Below are positions 28,211 to 40,304 of a stretch of 64,000 bases of DNA, in pieces. The DNA is from Candidatus Lustribacter sp. GTDB lineage: Bacteria; Vulcanimicrobiota; Vulcanimicrobiia; Vulcanimicrobiales; Vulcanimicrobiaceae. The stretch's first letter is position 1. Every line of letters begins with the position of its first letter. The notes under the pieces are model-generated. The model was not told the DNA's origin and searched no databases. It worked only from the letters and a program-made list of their open reading frames with translations. The translations under genes and the position numbers were made by a program. The stretch spans positions 2,656,001 to 2,720,000 of the forward strand of contig OZ255842.1 in the NCBI GenBank assembly GCA_965277805.1, in the 5' to 3' direction.

Positions 28211-28518
28211 GGCCCGCTGGTCCCCGCGTCGTGGCGCTTGAGGTAGATGATCTCTTCTTTTGGACCGACCATGTGCAGGCGGTCATGAATCTCCGGGATC
28301 GCACCGCGCGGATCGCTCAAGCGTTGGATTTGCCGCAGCTGCTGGTCGCGCTTTTGTTCGAGTGCCGTGACGTCGGCATTGACGCCGTGAATCTGCTGAA
28401 TGTAGGCGACATTGCGTTCGACGATCCGCACGTATTGCACGGCGATGAGCACCGCGAACGTTCCGCCGATAGCGGTGACGCCCAAACGGGCAAGCCACGC
28501 CAGCAGCGGGGACTTCAT
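28207..28518 (-). CDS. Septum formation initiator (DivIC/FtsB family)
   Basis: TM helix, coiled coil, LSDP...RLHMVGPKE. Confidence 0.78.
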   Translation of the reverse strand: MKSPLLAWLARLGVTAIGGTFAVLIAVQYVRIVERNVAYIQQIHGVNADVTALEQKRDQQLRQIQRLSDPRGAIPEIHDRLHMVGPKEEIIYLKRHDAGTSGP

Positions 28519-29462
28519 GCCGGGGAACCGATCCGTCGAAACTTATCATACCGGCGCGCACGCAGCTCGCCGGTGGGGACGGTAACCAGACGCGTCAGCG
28601 CGCCTTCGACAGAAGACAAGACATTGCTAATCGTACCATGCGGGTCCCGGTGCGCACCACCCAGGGGTTCCGGCACGATTTCATCGACGATCCCGAAGCC
28701 CAGCAGATCGTCGCTGGTGAGTCGCAGACGCGCCGCGGCTTCTTCCGCCTTGCTCGCATCGCCCCACAGAATTGCGGCACATCCCTCGGGCGAGGCCACC
28801 GAGTACACGGAGTGCTCGAGCATGATGACGTGATCGGCCAATGCCAGGGCCAACGCGCCGCCGCTGCCGCCCTCGCCGATCACCGTGGCCACGATCGGGA
28901 TCCGGACTTCGGCCAATGCCGCGATCGACTGCGCGATCGCTTCGGACTGCGCGCGCTCTTCCGAGGCAATGCCGGGATCGGCGCCCGATGTATCGACGAA
29001 CGTCACGACCGGGATGCCCAGGTGACCCGCGAGGCGCACCAGGCGCTGCACCTTGCGATAGCCTTCGGGGCGCGGCATGCCGAAATTCCGGTGGACCTTC
29101 TCCTTCGTGTCGACGCCCTTGTCTTGAGCGATCGCGATGATCCGCCGGCCGCGCAGCTTGGCGAAGCCCCCGACGATGGCCGGATCGTCGCCGAAGTGGC
29201 GGTCGCCGTGGAGTTCGTCGAATTGGTCGAGCCCCGCCAAGTACGCCGAGCCCAGCGGCCGTTTGGGATGGCGCGCCATGTTGACGCGCTGCCACGGCGT
29301 GAGGTGCCCGAAGATCTCGCGCTGGATTTGCGCGTACTTGTCTTCGAGTATTTTGATCTCGGCGCTGAGATCGACCGGTTGATCGGCGGCGTGCGCTTTG
29401 AGATCGGCGATGCGGCCCTCGAGCTCGAGCAGGCCGCGTTCGCGCTCGACGATCGCGTTCAC
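28515..29462 (-). CDS. accA: Acetyl-CoA carboxylase carboxyltransferase alpha
   Basis: ARHPKRP, ELHGDR, NFGMPRPEGYRK, GEGGSGGALA. Confidence 0.97.
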   Translation of the reverse strand: MNAIVERERGLLELEGRIADLKAHAADQPVDLSAEIKILEDKYAQIQREIFGHLTPWQRVNMARHPKRPLGSAYLAGLDQFDELHGDRHFGDDPAIVGGFAKLRGRRIIAIAQDKGVDTKEKVHRNFGMPRPEGYRKVQRLVRLAGHLGIPVVTFVDTSGADPGIASEERAQSEAIAQSIAALAEVRIPIVATVIGEGGSGGALALALADHVIMLEHSVYSVASPEGCAAILWGDASKAEEAAARLRLTSDDLLGFGIVDEIVPEPLGGAHRDPHGTISNVLSSVEGALTRLVTVPTGELRARRYDKFRRIGSPA

Positions 29463-30349
29463 GAGTTCGCTCCCGCGGTCGGGCGGCCGTTGGTCGCCGG
29501 CGGCGCGACGGCGGGTTTCGCGCCGACGCCGTAATCGAGCAAGCGCGTCAGGAGCGCTTTAAGTTGGCCGCGCTCGCTAACCATATCGATCGCGCCGTGT
29601 TCGAGCAGAAACTCCGCCGTCTGAAAATTCTCGGGCAGCTTTTGACGAATCGTTTGCTCGATCACGCGGCGGCCCGCGAAACCGATCGCTGCGCGCGCTT
29701 CGGCGACGATAACGTCGGCCTGAAATGCAAACGACGCCGATACGCCGCCCGTCGTCGGATCCGTGAGCACGGTGATCGCATAGCCGCCCTCATCACGCAG
29801 GCGTTGCAGCGCGACGGTCGTCTTCGCCATCTGCATAAGCGCCAGCATGCCTTCTTCCATACGCGCACCGCCGGACGCCGTGCAGACGACGACCGGCAGC
29901 TTACGCTCGCGCGCCCCTTCGAACAAGCGCACGAGGCGCTCGCCGACGACCGTGCCCATCGTGCCGCCGCGGAAGTTGAAATCCATCACGCCCAGCGCAA
30001 CCGGAATCTCGCCGATCGAGCCGAAGCCGCACACGACGCCTTCGGAGAGTTTCGATTTTTCGCGATCGCGTTCGAGCTTCTGCGGATATGACGTTTTGTC
30101 GGTCCACTGCAGCGGATCTCCGGGCATGACGTCGCTGCCGATCTCAACAAAATCCGCATCGACGAGCATCGCGATGCGATCGAACGCGTGCATCCGGAAG
30201 TGATATTTGCACGTCGTACAAACGAAAAGATTCGCCGCCAAATCGGGGCGATAGAGCATCGTCGAGCATTTCGGACACTTCGTCCATTGCGCCGCATCTT
30301 CGAGCGCGTGTTGCGGTCCGCGCCGAATGCGCAACCATTCCGGGATCAA
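29459..30349 (-). CDS. accD: Acetyl-CoA carboxylase carboxyltransferase beta
   Basis: WTKCPKC..C..C zinc finger, SGGARMEEG, PTTGGVSAS, GFAGRRVIEQT. Confidence 0.97.
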   Translation of the reverse strand: MIPEWLRIRRGPQHALEDAAQWTKCPKCSTMLYRPDLAANLFVCTTCKYHFRMHAFDRIAMLVDADFVEIGSDVMPGDPLQWTDKTSYPQKLERDREKSKLSEGVVCGFGSIGEIPVALGVMDFNFRGGTMGTVVGERLVRLFEGARERKLPVVVCTASGGARMEEGMLALMQMAKTTVALQRLRDEGGYAITVLTDPTTGGVSASFAFQADVIVAEARAAIGFAGRRVIEQTIRQKLPENFQTAEFLLEHGAIDMVSERGQLKALLTRLLDYGVGAKPAVAPPATNGRPTAGANS

Positions 30350-31092
30350 GGGCGACCAAAGAGCCGGCCGCGATAGATGCGGACGAGCTGACGCAAATAG
30401 TTTAGGATCTCGCTTTGATTGAGCTTCGACGTTCCGGCGATGCGATCGGTGAACACGTAAGGAACTTCGAGCGCGCGCCCGTAGTGCGCTTTGGCGATCA
30501 CTTCGAGTCCGATCTTGAAACCGATCGGATCGAGTTCGACGTTTTCGAGCGCGCGCCGGCTAACGAGAAAAAAGCCCGACGTGATGTCGCGCACCGGCGT
30601 CAACGGTTTCGCGAGCGCGATCGCAACGAGCGAGGTGACCTTGCGGTGCATCGGCCAGTTTTCGATCCCACCGCCGGGAACGTAACGCGAGCCGATCGCG
30701 AGACCGTACTCGCCGCCGGCCAACGCCGCGACCATCGCCGGAATGACGTTGACGTCGTGCGAGAAGTCGGCATCCATCGCGCCGACGGCGTCGGACTCGG
30801 GACGCGCGAACTTCCAACCGTCGATCACGCCCGACGATAAACCCATCTTGCCGGGCCGATGCAAACAGCGCACCGGATACGTCGCCGCCAAGCGGTCGAC
30901 GATGGCGCCGGTGCCGTCGGGCGAGTTGTCGTCGACCACGATGATCTCGCCGTCGAGATGATGCGCGGCGAACACCTCGTTCAGCGAGACGATCAGCCGT
31001 TCGATGCCGCCGGCTTCGTTGTACGTCGGGATGACAATCGAAAACTTGAGCGCGTTCGCGGTAGGAGTCGACGTCGAAGTCACGGTCGTCAT
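30346..31092 (-). CDS. Polyprenol-monophosphomannose synthase-like GT2
   Basis: IPTYNE, VDDNSPDGT, MDADFSH, GSRY. Confidence 0.9.
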   Translation of the reverse strand: MTTVTSTSTPTANALKFSIVIPTYNEAGGIERLIVSLNEVFAAHHLDGEIIVVDDNSPDGTGAIVDRLAATYPVRCLHRPGKMGLSSGVIDGWKFARPESDAVGAMDADFSHDVNVIPAMVAALAGGEYGLAIGSRYVPGGGIENWPMHRKVTSLVAIALAKPLTPVRDITSGFFLVSRRALENVELDPIGFKIGLEVIAKAHYGRALEVPYVFTDRIAGTSKLNQSEILNYLRQLVRIYRGRLFGRP

Positions 31093-31367
31093 GCCAGCTT
31101 GCGAACCGTCGGAAAGCGCTCTTCGCTGAAAGCCGGCAGCCCCTCGTAGTCGCGCGGGTTCTCTTGAATCAACGTCACCCCGCGCTCGTCGACGCTGCCG
31201 ATATCGATCGCCGGCACCGCAACGTTGCCGCGACCAACCCAATCGACGACCACCCACTCGACCGCGCGCGAATTGCCCTCGGCATATAAACCGCGCACCT
31301 CACCGACGCGAATTTCGCCGCAAAATACCGGGGTTCCAAGATCGAGCGTCTCCAGGGTACGTGCCAT
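31089..31367 (-). CDS. Small PRC-barrel-like protein
   Basis: GTPVFCGEIRVGEVRGL...VAVP pattern; ATGA overlap with the GT2 gene. Confidence 0.6.
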   Translation of the reverse strand: MARTLETLDLGTPVFCGEIRVGEVRGLYAEGNSRAVEWVVVDWVGRGNVAVPAIDIGSVDERGVTLIQENPRDYEGLPAFSEERFPTVRKLA

Positions 31368-31423
31368 CAGCACGCGTCCTTCGACAAACATCGTATCGCA
31401 ACCCCCGCGGCAAGCAACCGCGG

Positions 31424-32254
31424 TCAGCGAATGCGGCGGTAGAAATCCAGGGTCTGCGGCACGGCGTCGTACGCCTTTTGGTGCGGGGTGAAGCGCAGCG
31501 ATTCTTTCGCACCCAGCGCGAGAAATCCGAGCCGGACCAGGCTCTCATAGACCACCTGATGCGCGTGATACACGAGCACCCGGTTGAACTTCGCAAGCAC
31601 GTGGCGCACGACGACCAAGTGAAACTCGTTGAACGATCCATCGGTGGCCAGGTTGTGCTGCGCGAACACGATGTGCGAGCGCAGGCTCTCGGCGTAGCGC
31701 AGCTGCTGGCCGTCGGGCTCGAGGAAGTTCTCGATGCGGCTCTTGCCGCCCGAGCGCGCGTACCGCAGCTGAATCTCTTCGAGGTCGGCCCGGGGGAGGA
31801 TCCCGGCGCGCGCGCGATCGATGGCCAATTCGGATGCATCGGTCGCGTAGATGCGGATGCGGTCGAGAAAGCCGGCTTCACCGCAGAGCGCGGCGAGCGC
31901 ATAGGCATCATCGCCGGCACCGCAGCCGGCAACCCACACGCGCACGTGAGGAAACGTCCGCAGCCGCGGAAGTACCTGGCTGAGGAACTCGTTGAAGAAC
32001 GCGGGATCGGCAAACGGTGCGCTCGGGTTGAAGGTGAGGGCATCGACGAAACGGTCCATCGAACCGGGCTCGTGCAGCACGCGCTCTTGCAAGCCGGAGA
32101 TCGTCGTCGCCCCCTCGGAGCGAACGCGTTCGAGCACGCGCCGGCGCAGCATTGCCGGCGCATACTCGCGGAAGTCATGACCCGACACCCGCTGCACGGC
32201 TTCGAGCAGCAACTGGAGTTCCAGGTCGGTGACCGCCGGCGACGTTACGCCCAT
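31424..32254 (-). CDS. cheR: CheR-type methyltransferase
   Basis: GHDFREY, VWVAGC, IYATD, FAQHNL, GFLALGAKES. Confidence 0.88.
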   Translation of the reverse strand: MGVTSPAVTDLELQLLLEAVQRVSGHDFREYAPAMLRRRVLERVRSEGATTISGLQERVLHEPGSMDRFVDALTFNPSAPFADPAFFNEFLSQVLPRLRTFPHVRVWVAGCGAGDDAYALAALCGEAGFLDRIRIYATDASELAIDRARAGILPRADLEEIQLRYARSGGKSRIENFLEPDGQQLRYAESLRSHIVFAQHNLATDGSFNEFHLVVVRHVLAKFNRVLVYHAHQVVYESLVRLGFLALGAKESLRFTPHQKAYDAVPQTLDFYRRIR

Positions 32255-32277
32255 CGCGCGCGGCCGATCCTCAGCGA

Positions 32278-35200
32278 TCAAGCGGAGACATTCAACCAGA
32301 CCCGGACGAGCGCGATCAACTGATCGATATCGACCGGTTTGCTGATGTACTCCGAGGCGCCGGCAGCAAGACAGCTCTCGCGGTCGCCCTTCATCGCTTT
32401 TGCCGTAAGCGCGATGATCGGCAGCGAGCGCCACTGGCTCTTGGCCCGGATGCGCCGGATCGTTTCGTAACCGTCCATCTCCGGCATCATGATGTCCATC
32501 AAGACGACGTCGATGTCATCGTGTTCGCCGAGCACGTCGATCGCCTCGGCGCCGCTTTCCGCGGTGAACACGTCCATGTGGTACTCTTCGAGTGCCGTAC
32601 GCAGCGCGAAGATGTTGCGCGTGTCGTCGTCGGTGATCAGGATCTTGCGGCCGACGAGCGATGCCGAACCGTTGCTGCCGTTCGCCGGACGTTTGGTTTC
32701 CGGCAAACGCGCTTCGACTTGATTGAGGAAGTAGTTGGTTTCGTCGATCAGGCGTTCGGGTGACATCACGTCCTTGATGATCACGCTCTCGCTCAACCGG
32801 CGCAACGCCGCTTCTTCTTCCGCCACCAGTTCGCGGCCGGTATAGACGATGACCGGAACGCGTTCATGACGCGGCATCTGCTTGATGGCTTCGATCAGCG
32901 AGACGCCGTCGTAGTCCGGCAAGCCGAGGTCGACGATCACACAATCGAACGTGCCGAGCTCGAGGGCACGCAGCGCTTCGGCGCCGGTGCACACCGCCGT
33001 GACCGTTACCTCGCCGCTCTCGATCAAGTTGGCCATCGCCGAGAGCTGCGTAACGTCGTCTTCGATCACGAGCACGTTGCGCGCGCTCGAATCGGCGAAG
33101 CCGAGCAGGTTGTCGAAGGCCGACGTGAGCGCTTCTTCGGTCGCGGGTTTTTGCAAGTGCGCGAAGGCACCGGAGTCGAGCGCGCGCTGCCACTGTTCCT
33201 CGCCGGAGATGACGTGGACGGGGATCGCTTTCGTCGCCGGATCGCGCTTGAGCTGGTCGAGCAGCTCCCAGCCGTCGACGTCGGGCAACCCGATGTCCAG
33301 CGTGATCGCGTCCGGAACGTACTGACGGGCTAGCGCGAGCCCTTCCGTCCCCGAGCGGGCGAAGAGGCCTTTGAAGCCGCGGTCGCGCGCGAGTCCGAGC
33401 AGGATGCGGCCGAACGTCGCTTCATCCTCGATGATGAGAATGACGCGGTCGTGCGGTCTGATCACGTTGCGATCGTCGTCGCTGCCGATCCCTTCGATCG
33501 CTTCCGGCATCACCGGCGAGAGATCGCTGCGTGACGACATGCGCTGCGTCGTGCGCTCGGGCGGACGCACCGCCGAGAGTTCTTCCGTCGGACGCGTGAC
33601 GCGGTTGAGCGGATGGTAGAACGTGAACGTGCTGCCGGCGCCCGGTTCCGACTCGAGCGTCATCTCGCCGCCGAGCAGGCCCGCGATTTCACGGCTGATC
33701 GCGAGACCGAGGCCCGTGCCGCCGTATTTGCGCGCCGTGCTCATGTCGGCTTGCTGGAAGGCTTCGAAGATCACGTTGTGTTTGTCGGGCTGGATACCGA
33801 TGCCGGTATCGACCACCGAGAACGCGACGTACGGCGCCACAACGCCGTCGTAGCCCGGACGATCGACGCGCGAGAGTTCCAACTGCACGCTCCCGTGCGC
33901 CGTGAACTTGAACGCGTTGGAGAGCAGGTTCTTGAGAATCTGCATGAGGCGCGTGTTGTCGGTCTCGAGCACGCTCGGCACGTCGTCGGCTACCGAGACG
34001 CGGAATGCGAGCCCGCGTTCTTGCGCGACGCCGCGGAACGTCCGCTCGACGTCTTCGCAGAGATCGGTGATCCGCTGTTCGGCGATATCGACCGACGTCG
34101 TGCCGGACTCGATCTTCGAGAGGTCGAGGATGTCGTTGATCAGCGTGAGCAGGTCGGTACCGGCGCGCCGGATGGTCGACGCCATTTCGACTTGCTTGCC
34201 GGTGAGGTTCTGCTCGCGGTTGTCGCCGAGCTGTTTCGAGAGGATCAACAGCGAGTTGAGCGGCGTGCGCAACTCGTGCGACATGTTGGCGAGGAACTGC
34301 GATTTGTATTTCGAGGTGAGCGCCAGCTGCTCGGCTTTTTGTTCGAGGGCGCGGCGCGCTTCTTCGATCTCACGCGTGCGCTTCTCGACTTCTTCGTTCT
34401 GCTCGGCCAGCAGGCGGGCTTTTTCTTCGAGCTCTTCGTTCGTGCTGCGCAGCTCTTCTTGTTGCGACTGCAGTTCGGTCGTCAGCGATTGCGACTGTTT
34501 GAGGAGTTCCTCGGTGCGCATGTTCGCAGCGATGGTGTTGAGCACGATACCGATCGACTCGGTGAGCTGATCGAGGAAGAGCAAGTGGTTGTCGCTGAAC
34601 GTATCGAACGATGCCAGCTCGATGACGGCCTTGATGTCGCCTTCGAAGAGCACCGGCAGCACGATGATGTTCAGCGGCCGCGCGGAGCCGGTTCCCGAGG
34701 TAACCTCGAGGTAATCCGGCGGGACGTTCTTGACCAGGATGCTCTTGCGTTCGTACACGCACTGTCCGACCAGACCTTCGCCCGAACGGAACTGCTGGAA
34801 GTTGTGCCGCTTCGGCGGTGCGAAGCCGGCCATATACTTGAGCAACGGCTGATCGTCGACCGGCTCGTTCAGATAGAACACGGCAGTTTGCGAGTTGACC
34901 AGCGGCGCGAGTTCCGACATGATCAGCTTCGCAACGGTCTTGATGTCTTTCTGACCCTGCAACATACCGGTGAAGCGCGCGAGGTTGGTCTTCAGCCAGT
35001 CTTGCTCCGCGTTGACGCGCGTCGTGTCACGCAGGTTGCGGATCATTTCGTTGACGTTTTCCGTCAACTGACCGACTTCGCCGCGGGCATCGACCTCGAC
35101 CGTTCGTGAGAGGTCGCCCTTGGTAACGGCCGTTGCGACGCCGCCGATCGCCCGAATTTGCGAGGTCAGCTGCGCGGCGAGCTGGTTGACGTTGTCGGTG

Positions 35201-38200
35201 AGATCTTTCCACAGACCCGCCGCACCCGGCACGACCGCTTGTCCGCCGAGTTTTCCTTCGAAGCCGACTTCACGGGCAACGGTCGTAACCTGATCCGCGA
35301 AGCGGCCCAGCGTGACGATCATGCCGTTGATCGTATCGGCAAGTTCGGCGATTTCGCCCTTCGCTTCGAGCGTCAGCTGACGGCGCAAGTCGCCGTTGGC
35401 CACGCCGGTGACGACGCGCGCGATACCGCGCACTTGTTCGGTGAGGTTCCCGGCCATCAGGTTGACGGAGTCGGTAAGGTCCTTCCACGTGCCGGCAACA
35501 CCCGGCACCGCGGCTTGACCTCCGAGTTTTCCTTCGGAGCCGACTTCGCGCGCGACGCGCGTGACTTCACCGGCGAAGGAGTTCAGCTGGTCGACCATCG
35601 TGTTGATGGTATCTTTGAGCTCGAGAATCTCGCCGCGCACGTCGACGGTGATCTTCTTCGAAAGGTCGCCGTTCGCGACGGCGGTCGTCACCTTCGCGAT
35701 ATTTCGAACCTGAGCGGTGAGGTTCGATGCCATCGAGTTAACCGAGTCGGTAAGGTCTTTCCACGTACCGGCGACGCCCGGCACGACGGCTTGACCTCCG
35801 AGCTGGCCTTGCGTACCGACCTCGCGCGCGACGCGCGTGACTTCGAACGCGAACCCGTTGAGCTGGTCGACCATCGTGTTGACGGTGTTCTTCAACTCCA
35901 AGATCTCGCCGCGCACGTCGACGATGATCTTCTTCGAAAGGTCGCCGTTGGCGACGGCCGTCGTGACCTCGGCGATGTTTCGCACCTGGTTCGTGAGGTT
36001 CGCGGCCATCGAGTTGACCGAGTCGGTAAGGTCCTTCCACGTACCGGCGACGCCGGGCACGAGCGCCTGGCCGCCGAGTTTTCCTTCGTTACCGACGTCA
36101 CGCGCGACGCGCGTGACTTCCGATGCGAACCCGTTGAGCTGGTCGACCATCGTGTTGACGGTGTTTTTCAGCTCGAGGATTTCGCCGCGCACGTCGACGG
36201 TGATCTTCTTCGAAAGATCGCCTTTGGCGACGGCCGTCGTCACTTCGGCGATGTTACGCACTTGAGAGGTCAGGTTACCGGCCATGAAGTTGACGGAGTC
36301 GGTGAGATCCTTCCACGTACCGGCCACGCCGCGGACCTCAGCTTGTCCGCCGAGTTTTCCTTCGGAACCGACCTCGCGCGCGACGCGCGTCACCTCGCCG
36401 GCGAAGGCGTTCAGCTGGTCGACCATCGTGTTGATCGTCGACTTCAGCTCGAGAATTTCACCGCGCGCGTCGACCGTGATCTTGCGCGAGAGGTCGCCGT
36501 TCGCGACGGCTGTCGTGACTTCGGCGATGTTACGCACTTGGTTCGTCAGGTTACCGGCCATCGAGTTGACCGAGTCGGTCAAATCTTTCCAGGTACCGCC
36601 GACGCCTTCGACCTGCGCTTGACCACCGAGCTTGCCTTCGGAGCCGACCTCGCGCGCAACGCGCGTGACCTCGAACGCGAAACCGTTGAGCTGGTCGACC
36701 ATCGTGTTGATCGTGTCTTTGAGCTCGAGGATCTCGCCGCGAACGGTAACCGTGATCTTACGCGAGAGGTCGCCGTTCGCAACGGCCGTCGTCACGTCGG
36801 CAATGTTACGCACTTGAGACGTCAGGTTACCGGCCATGAAGTTCACGGAGTCCGTAAGGTCTTTCCACGTACCGGCGACGCCCGGAACCTCGGCTTGACC
36901 GCCGAGTTTACCTTCGGTACCGACCTCGCGCGCGACGCGCGTGACTTCCGATGCGAAGCCATTGAGCTGGTCGACCATCGTGTTGATCGTGTTTTTCAGC
37001 TCGAGAATTTCGCCGCGTACGTCGACGATGATCTTCTTGGAAAGGTCGCCCTTCGCGACGGCGGTCGTGACTTCGGCGATGTTACGCACTTGCGAGGTGA
37101 GGTTACCGGCCATGCCGTTGACCGACTCGGTCAAGTCGCGCCACGTGCCGGCGACGCCTTCGACGCGGGCCTGGCCGCCGAGCTTTCCTTCGGAACCGAC
37201 CTCGCGCGCAACGCGCGTCACTTCGCCGGCGAAGGCGTTCAGCTGGTCGACCATCGTGTTAACGGTGCCCTTGAGTTCGAGAATTTCGCCGCGCGCATCG
37301 ACCGTGATCTTGCGCGAGAGGTCGCCGTTGGCGACGGCCGTCGTCACGTCGGCGATGTTGCGGACCTGCGCCGTGAGGTTACCGGCCATGCCGTTCACGG
37401 AGTCGGTCAAGTCTTTCCAGGTACCGGCCACGCCGCGGACCTCGGCTTGTCCGCCGAGTTTGCCTTCGGTACCGACCTCGCGCGCGACGCGCGTCACCTC
37501 GCCGGCGAAAGCGTTGAGCTGGTCGACCATCGTGTTGACGGTGTTCTTCACGGCCAGGATCTCGCCGCGCACGTCGACGGTGATCTTCTTTGAAAGGTCG
37601 CCGTTCGCGACAGCCGTCGTGACTTCGGCGATGTTACGAACCTGAGACGTCAGGTTACCGGCCATGAAGTTGACGGAGTCGGTGAGATCTTTCCACGTAC
37701 CGGCGACGCCCGGAACCTCGGCCTGTCCGCCGAGCTTGCCTTCAGAACCGACTTCGCGCGCAACGCGCGTGACTTCCGATGCGAAGCCGTTGAGCTGGTC
37801 GACCATCGTGTTGATGGTGTCTTTCAGCTCGAGAATTTCGCCGCGTGCATCGACGGTGATCTTCTTCGAAAGGTCGCCGTTCGCAACGGCGGTGGTGACT
37901 TCGGCGATGTTGCGGACTTGGTTCGTCAGGTTACCGGCCATCGAGTTGACCGAGTCCGTCAAGTCTTTCCACGTGCCCGCGACGCCTTGTACCTGCGCCT
38001 GACCGCCGAGTTTCCCTTCGGAGCCGACCTCGCGAGCGACGCGCGTGACTTCGAACGCGAACGCGTTGAGCTGGTCGACCATCGTGTTGATCGTCTTGCT
38101 GGACCGGAGGAACTCGCCTTTGAGCGGCCGGCCGTCGACTTCGAGCACCATCTGCTGCGAAAGGTCGCCGCGCGCGACCGAGCCGAGCACGCGACTCGTC

Positions 38201-38571
38201 TCCGCGATGGGATGCGTCAGATCGTCGATCAGCTCGTTAACGGAGGTCACGTAGTTCGACCACGCGCCTTGCCCCGATACGAGCGACGCGCGCTGCGCGA
38301 TGCGACCTTCGCGGCCGACGACTTCGGAGATGCGCTGGAACTCGCCGAGCAATCGGGCGTTCAGCGTCACGAGGTCGTTGAACGCCTCCGCGACCTCGCC
38401 GTCGAGGCCGGGCTTAGCCGTCGACAGACGGATGGTGAAGTCGCCCTTGGCGACCCCGCGCAACGCGGAAAGCAGCTCCCGTTGAGCTGCCTCCCCGGTG
38501 GCACCGTTCTTTCCGTTATGACCGGCCTTGCCGTTCGATCGCGTTTTTGTGGCGGCTACCGTGGCACTCAT
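32278..38571 (-). CDS. Hybrid histidine kinase: about 12 poly-HAMP units, GAF, HisKA, HATPase, 3 receiver domains
   Basis: 92-aa WKDLTD..NTMVDQL repeats, [30 protein letters not shown], three REC domains. Confidence 0.95.
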   Translation of the reverse strand: MSATVAATKTRSNGKAGHNGKNGATGEAAQRELLSALRGVAKGDFTIRLSTAKPGLDGEVAEAFNDLVTLNARLLGEFQRISEVVGREGRIAQRASLVSGQGAWSNYVTSVNELIDDLTHPIAETSRVLGSVARGDLSQQMVLEVDGRPLKGEFLRSSKTINTMVDQLNAFAFEVTRVAREVGSEGKLGGQAQVQGVAGTWKDLTDSVNSMAGNLTNQVRNIAEVTTAVANGDLSKKITVDARGEILELKDTINTMVDQLNGFASEVTRVAREVGSEGKLGGQAEVPGVAGTWKDLTDSVNFMAGNLTSQVRNIAEVTTAVANGDLSKKITVDVRGEILAVKNTVNTMVDQLNAFAGEVTRVAREVGTEGKLGGQAEVRGVAGTWKDLTDSVNGMAGNLTAQVRNIADVTTAVANGDLSRKITVDARGEILELKGTVNTMVDQLNAFAGEVTRVAREVGSEGKLGGQARVEGVAGTWRDLTESVNGMAGNLTSQVRNIAEVTTAVAKGDLSKKIIVDVRGEILELKNTINTMVDQLNGFASEVTRVAREVGTEGKLGGQAEVPGVAGTWKDLTDSVNFMAGNLTSQVRNIADVTTAVANGDLSRKITVTVRGEILELKDTINTMVDQLNGFAFEVTRVAREVGSEGKLGGQAQVEGVGGTWKDLTDSVNSMAGNLTNQVRNIAEVTTAVANGDLSRKITVDARGEILELKSTINTMVDQLNAFAGEVTRVAREVGSEGKLGGQAEVRGVAGTWKDLTDSVNFMAGNLTSQVRNIAEVTTAVAKGDLSKKITVDVRGEILELKNTVNTMVDQLNGFASEVTRVARDVGNEGKLGGQALVPGVAGTWKDLTDSVNSMAANLTNQVRNIAEVTTAVANGDLSKKIIVDVRGEILELKNTVNTMVDQLNGFAFEVTRVAREVGTQGQLGGQAVVPGVAGTWKDLTDSVNSMASNLTAQVRNIAKVTTAVANGDLSKKITVDVRGEILELKDTINTMVDQLNSFAGEVTRVAREVGSEGKLGGQAAVPGVAGTWKDLTDSVNLMAGNLTEQVRGIARVVTGVANGDLRRQLTLEAKGEIAELADTINGMIVTLGRFADQVTTVAREVGFEGKLGGQAVVPGAAGLWKDLTDNVNQLAAQLTSQIRAIGGVATAVTKGDLSRTVEVDARGEVGQLTENVNEMIRNLRDTTRVNAEQDWLKTNLARFTGMLQGQKDIKTVAKLIMSELAPLVNSQTAVFYLNEPVDDQPLLKYMAGFAPPKRHNFQQFRSGEGLVGQCVYERKSILVKNVPPDYLEVTSGTGSARPLNIIVLPVLFEGDIKAVIELASFDTFSDNHLLFLDQLTESIGIVLNTIAANMRTEELLKQSQSLTTELQSQQEELRSTNEELEEKARLLAEQNEEVEKRTREIEEARRALEQKAEQLALTSKYKSQFLANMSHELRTPLNSLLILSKQLGDNREQNLTGKQVEMASTIRRAGTDLLTLINDILDLSKIESGTTSVDIAEQRITDLCEDVERTFRGVAQERGLAFRVSVADDVPSVLETDNTRLMQILKNLLSNAFKFTAHGSVQLELSRVDRPGYDGVVAPYVAFSVVDTGIGIQPDKHNVIFEAFQQADMSTARKYGGTGLGLAISREIAGLLGGEMTLESEPGAGSTFTFYHPLNRVTRPTEELSAVRPPERTTQRMSSRSDLSPVMPEAIEGIGSDDDRNVIRPHDRVILIIEDEATFGRILLGLARDRGFKGLFARSGTEGLALARQYVPDAITLDIGLPDVDGWELLDQLKRDPATKAIPVHVISGEEQWQRALDSGAFAHLQKPATEEALTSAFDNLLGFADSSARNVLVIEDDVTQLSAMANLIESGEVTVTAVCTGAEALRALELGTFDCVIVDLGLPDYDGVSLIEAIKQMPRHERVPVIVYTGRELVAEEEAALRRLSESVIIKDVMSPERLIDETNYFLNQVEARLPETKRPANGSNGSASLVGRKILITDDDTRNIFALRTALEEYHMDVFTAESGAEAIDVLGEHDDIDVVLMDIMMPEMDGYETIRRIRAKSQWRSLPIIALTAKAMKGDRESCLAAGASEYISKPVDIDQLIALVRVWLNVSA
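35030..38480 (-). repeat. Intragenic tandem repeats of about 276 nt encoding HAMP units (approximate bounds)
   Basis: 11 W(K/R)DLT(D/E) units plus one divergent unit counted in the translation. Confidence 0.9.
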
Positions 38572-38760
38572 TCGCAACTCCCCGGAAAATAAACGCCAAA
38601 TCGCTTGCTAGGCATCCGTGACTAGCGAGCGTCAGGCGGTTTCTTGCATCCGAAGTTCCCCACGCCAGGGGTGCGTTAAACCTCCGGTTTTGGGCACGGT
38701 ACCACGGGAAATGTTTACTGCTTCGCAAGCAAGGGTAAGCCTGACCCGACCGTGAGGGCT

Positions 38761-40260
38761 ATGTCCCATCAACCCGTTATGACTGTTTCCGAATCGGAGC
38801 GTTTGGCCTTGGGCCTGCGCTTCTTGTCCACGGCCAGCAAGGTGCTCGCCTCGACGTTCGACTACGCGCTTACGCTTAAGCGCGTAGCGGAGCTTACCGT
38901 GCCCGCGTTCGCCGGGGGCTTTGCGGTCGAGCTGGATGAGTTCGGGACGCACGCGGTCGTCTTCACCACCGGTCCGATCGGCCCGGAGGAAGAAGTCTTT
39001 ACCTTTCCGCTCGTGGCGCGCGAGCGCACGCTGGGCGCGCTCTGCATCGCGGGCCACCACGGCGTGACGCAGCTCGACGACTTCCATAATGAGCTCTTCG
39101 CCGAGCTCGCGGTTCGGATCGCCGTGGCCATCGACAGCGCGCAGATCTACGCGCGCGAACACCACGTCGCCGACACGCTGCAGCGCGCGCTTTTGCCGGA
39201 AGACCTGCCCGAGCACGAGATGGTGCACTTCGATGCGGCCTACATTCCGGCCACCGAAGAAGCAATCGTGGGCGGCGACTGGTACGACGCGTTCACGCTG
39301 CCCGACGGCCGCATCGCGCTCTCGATCGGCGACGTCGCCGGCCACGGACTGCGCGCCGCGATCGTGATGGGCGAAGTGCGCCAAGCCTTCCGCGCCGCCG
39401 CCCTCAACCCCACCTCACCGTCGGTGGTGCTCGAACGCGCCAACACGATCGTGAACATGCGCCAGAACCCGATCATGGTGACGGCGATTTTCGGCATCAT
39501 CGATCCGTCGACGGCCACGATCACCTATGCCGCCGCCGGCCATCCCTCGCCGATCCTCGCGCTGCCGTGCTCGTTGGTCGAACGGCTGCCGACGGGCGGC
39601 ATTCCGCTGGGCATCGCCGATACGATCGACGCCACCGACTGGTCGTTCACGATTCCGCCCGGCGCCTATCTCGCGTTCTATACCGACGGGCTGATCGAAC
39701 ATTCCAAAGACGTCGTCGCGGGCGAAGAGCAGCTGGTGGAAGCGATGCGGGCCGAGATCGGCGATCGCAGCACGGCGCCCGCGCTCTCGCTCATGCGCCG
39801 CGTCTTCGGCCACAGCAAGAACAGCGACGATGCAGCCGCGCTGTTCGTCGCGACGAGCGATGCGCCGCGCCACAACTTCGCCTTCGACTTCTCCGCGATT
39901 CCGCTAGCCGTGCCGATCGTGCGCCGGACGCTCAACCGCTATGCCACGCGTCTCGGCCTCGACGACGATCGCACCTACGCGCTGATCACGGCCGTCGGCG
40001 AAGCAATGGCCAACGCCGTCGAGCACGCCTATCCCGACCGGCCGGGCATCGTGCGCCTGCGCATTGCGAACGGCGACGGCGCGCTGCACGTGACGGTCGA
40101 AGATGACGGCCGCTGGAAGCAGGCGCAGAAACGCGAGGAACGCGGCCGCGGCCTGCCGTTGATGCGCGCGCTGATGGACGGCGTGGAAATTCGCACCAAC
40201 CAGTCACACACCACGATCTTCCTAACCATGGCCTTGGACGGCAAGGCGCTGAGCGCCTAA
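38761..40260 (+). CDS. GAF + SpoIIE/PP2C phosphatase + RsbW-like HATPase fusion
   Basis: LQRALLP, VGGDWYD, GDVAGHG, YTDGLIE, EAMANAVEHAY, GRGL. Confidence 0.92.
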   Translation: MSHQPVMTVSESERLALGLRFLSTASKVLASTFDYALTLKRVAELTVPAFAGGFAVELDEFGTHAVVFTTGPIGPEEEVFTFPLVARERTLGALCIAGHHGVTQLDDFHNELFAELAVRIAVAIDSAQIYAREHHVADTLQRALLPEDLPEHEMVHFDAAYIPATEEAIVGGDWYDAFTLPDGRIALSIGDVAGHGLRAAIVMGEVRQAFRAAALNPTSPSVVLERANTIVNMRQNPIMVTAIFGIIDPSTATITYAAAGHPSPILALPCSLVERLPTGGIPLGIADTIDATDWSFTIPPGAYLAFYTDGLIEHSKDVVAGEEQLVEAMRAEIGDRSTAPALSLMRRVFGHSKNSDDAAALFVATSDAPRHNFAFDFSAIPLAVPIVRRTLNRYATRLGLDDDRTYALITAVGEAMANAVEHAYPDRPGIVRLRIANGDGALHVTVEDDGRWKQAQKREERGRGLPLMRALMDGVEIRTNQSHTTIFLTMALDGKALSA

Positions 40261-40270
40261 AAATTTTTTG

Positions 40271-40290
40271 GTCATTCTGTTCGGAATGAC
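40271..40290. repeat. Short GTCA-tagged hairpin between convergent genes (reduced REP copy or terminator)
   Basis: GTCATTCTG-TT-CGGAATGAC. Confidence 0.5.
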
Positions 40291-40304
40291 AGGAAAACTT
40301 CTCT

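Noticed and set aside
35158-37593. 811-aa antisense ORF, and similar ones at 11387-13456, 33613-35109 and 43764-45629
   Set aside because: Shadow ORFs caused by high-GC codon bias opposite well-supported genes; no motifs.
35030-38480. Regular repeats as a CRISPR or non-coding array
   Set aside because: The 276-nt in-frame units vary mainly at synonymous sites, have no unique spacers, and no cas genes are present.
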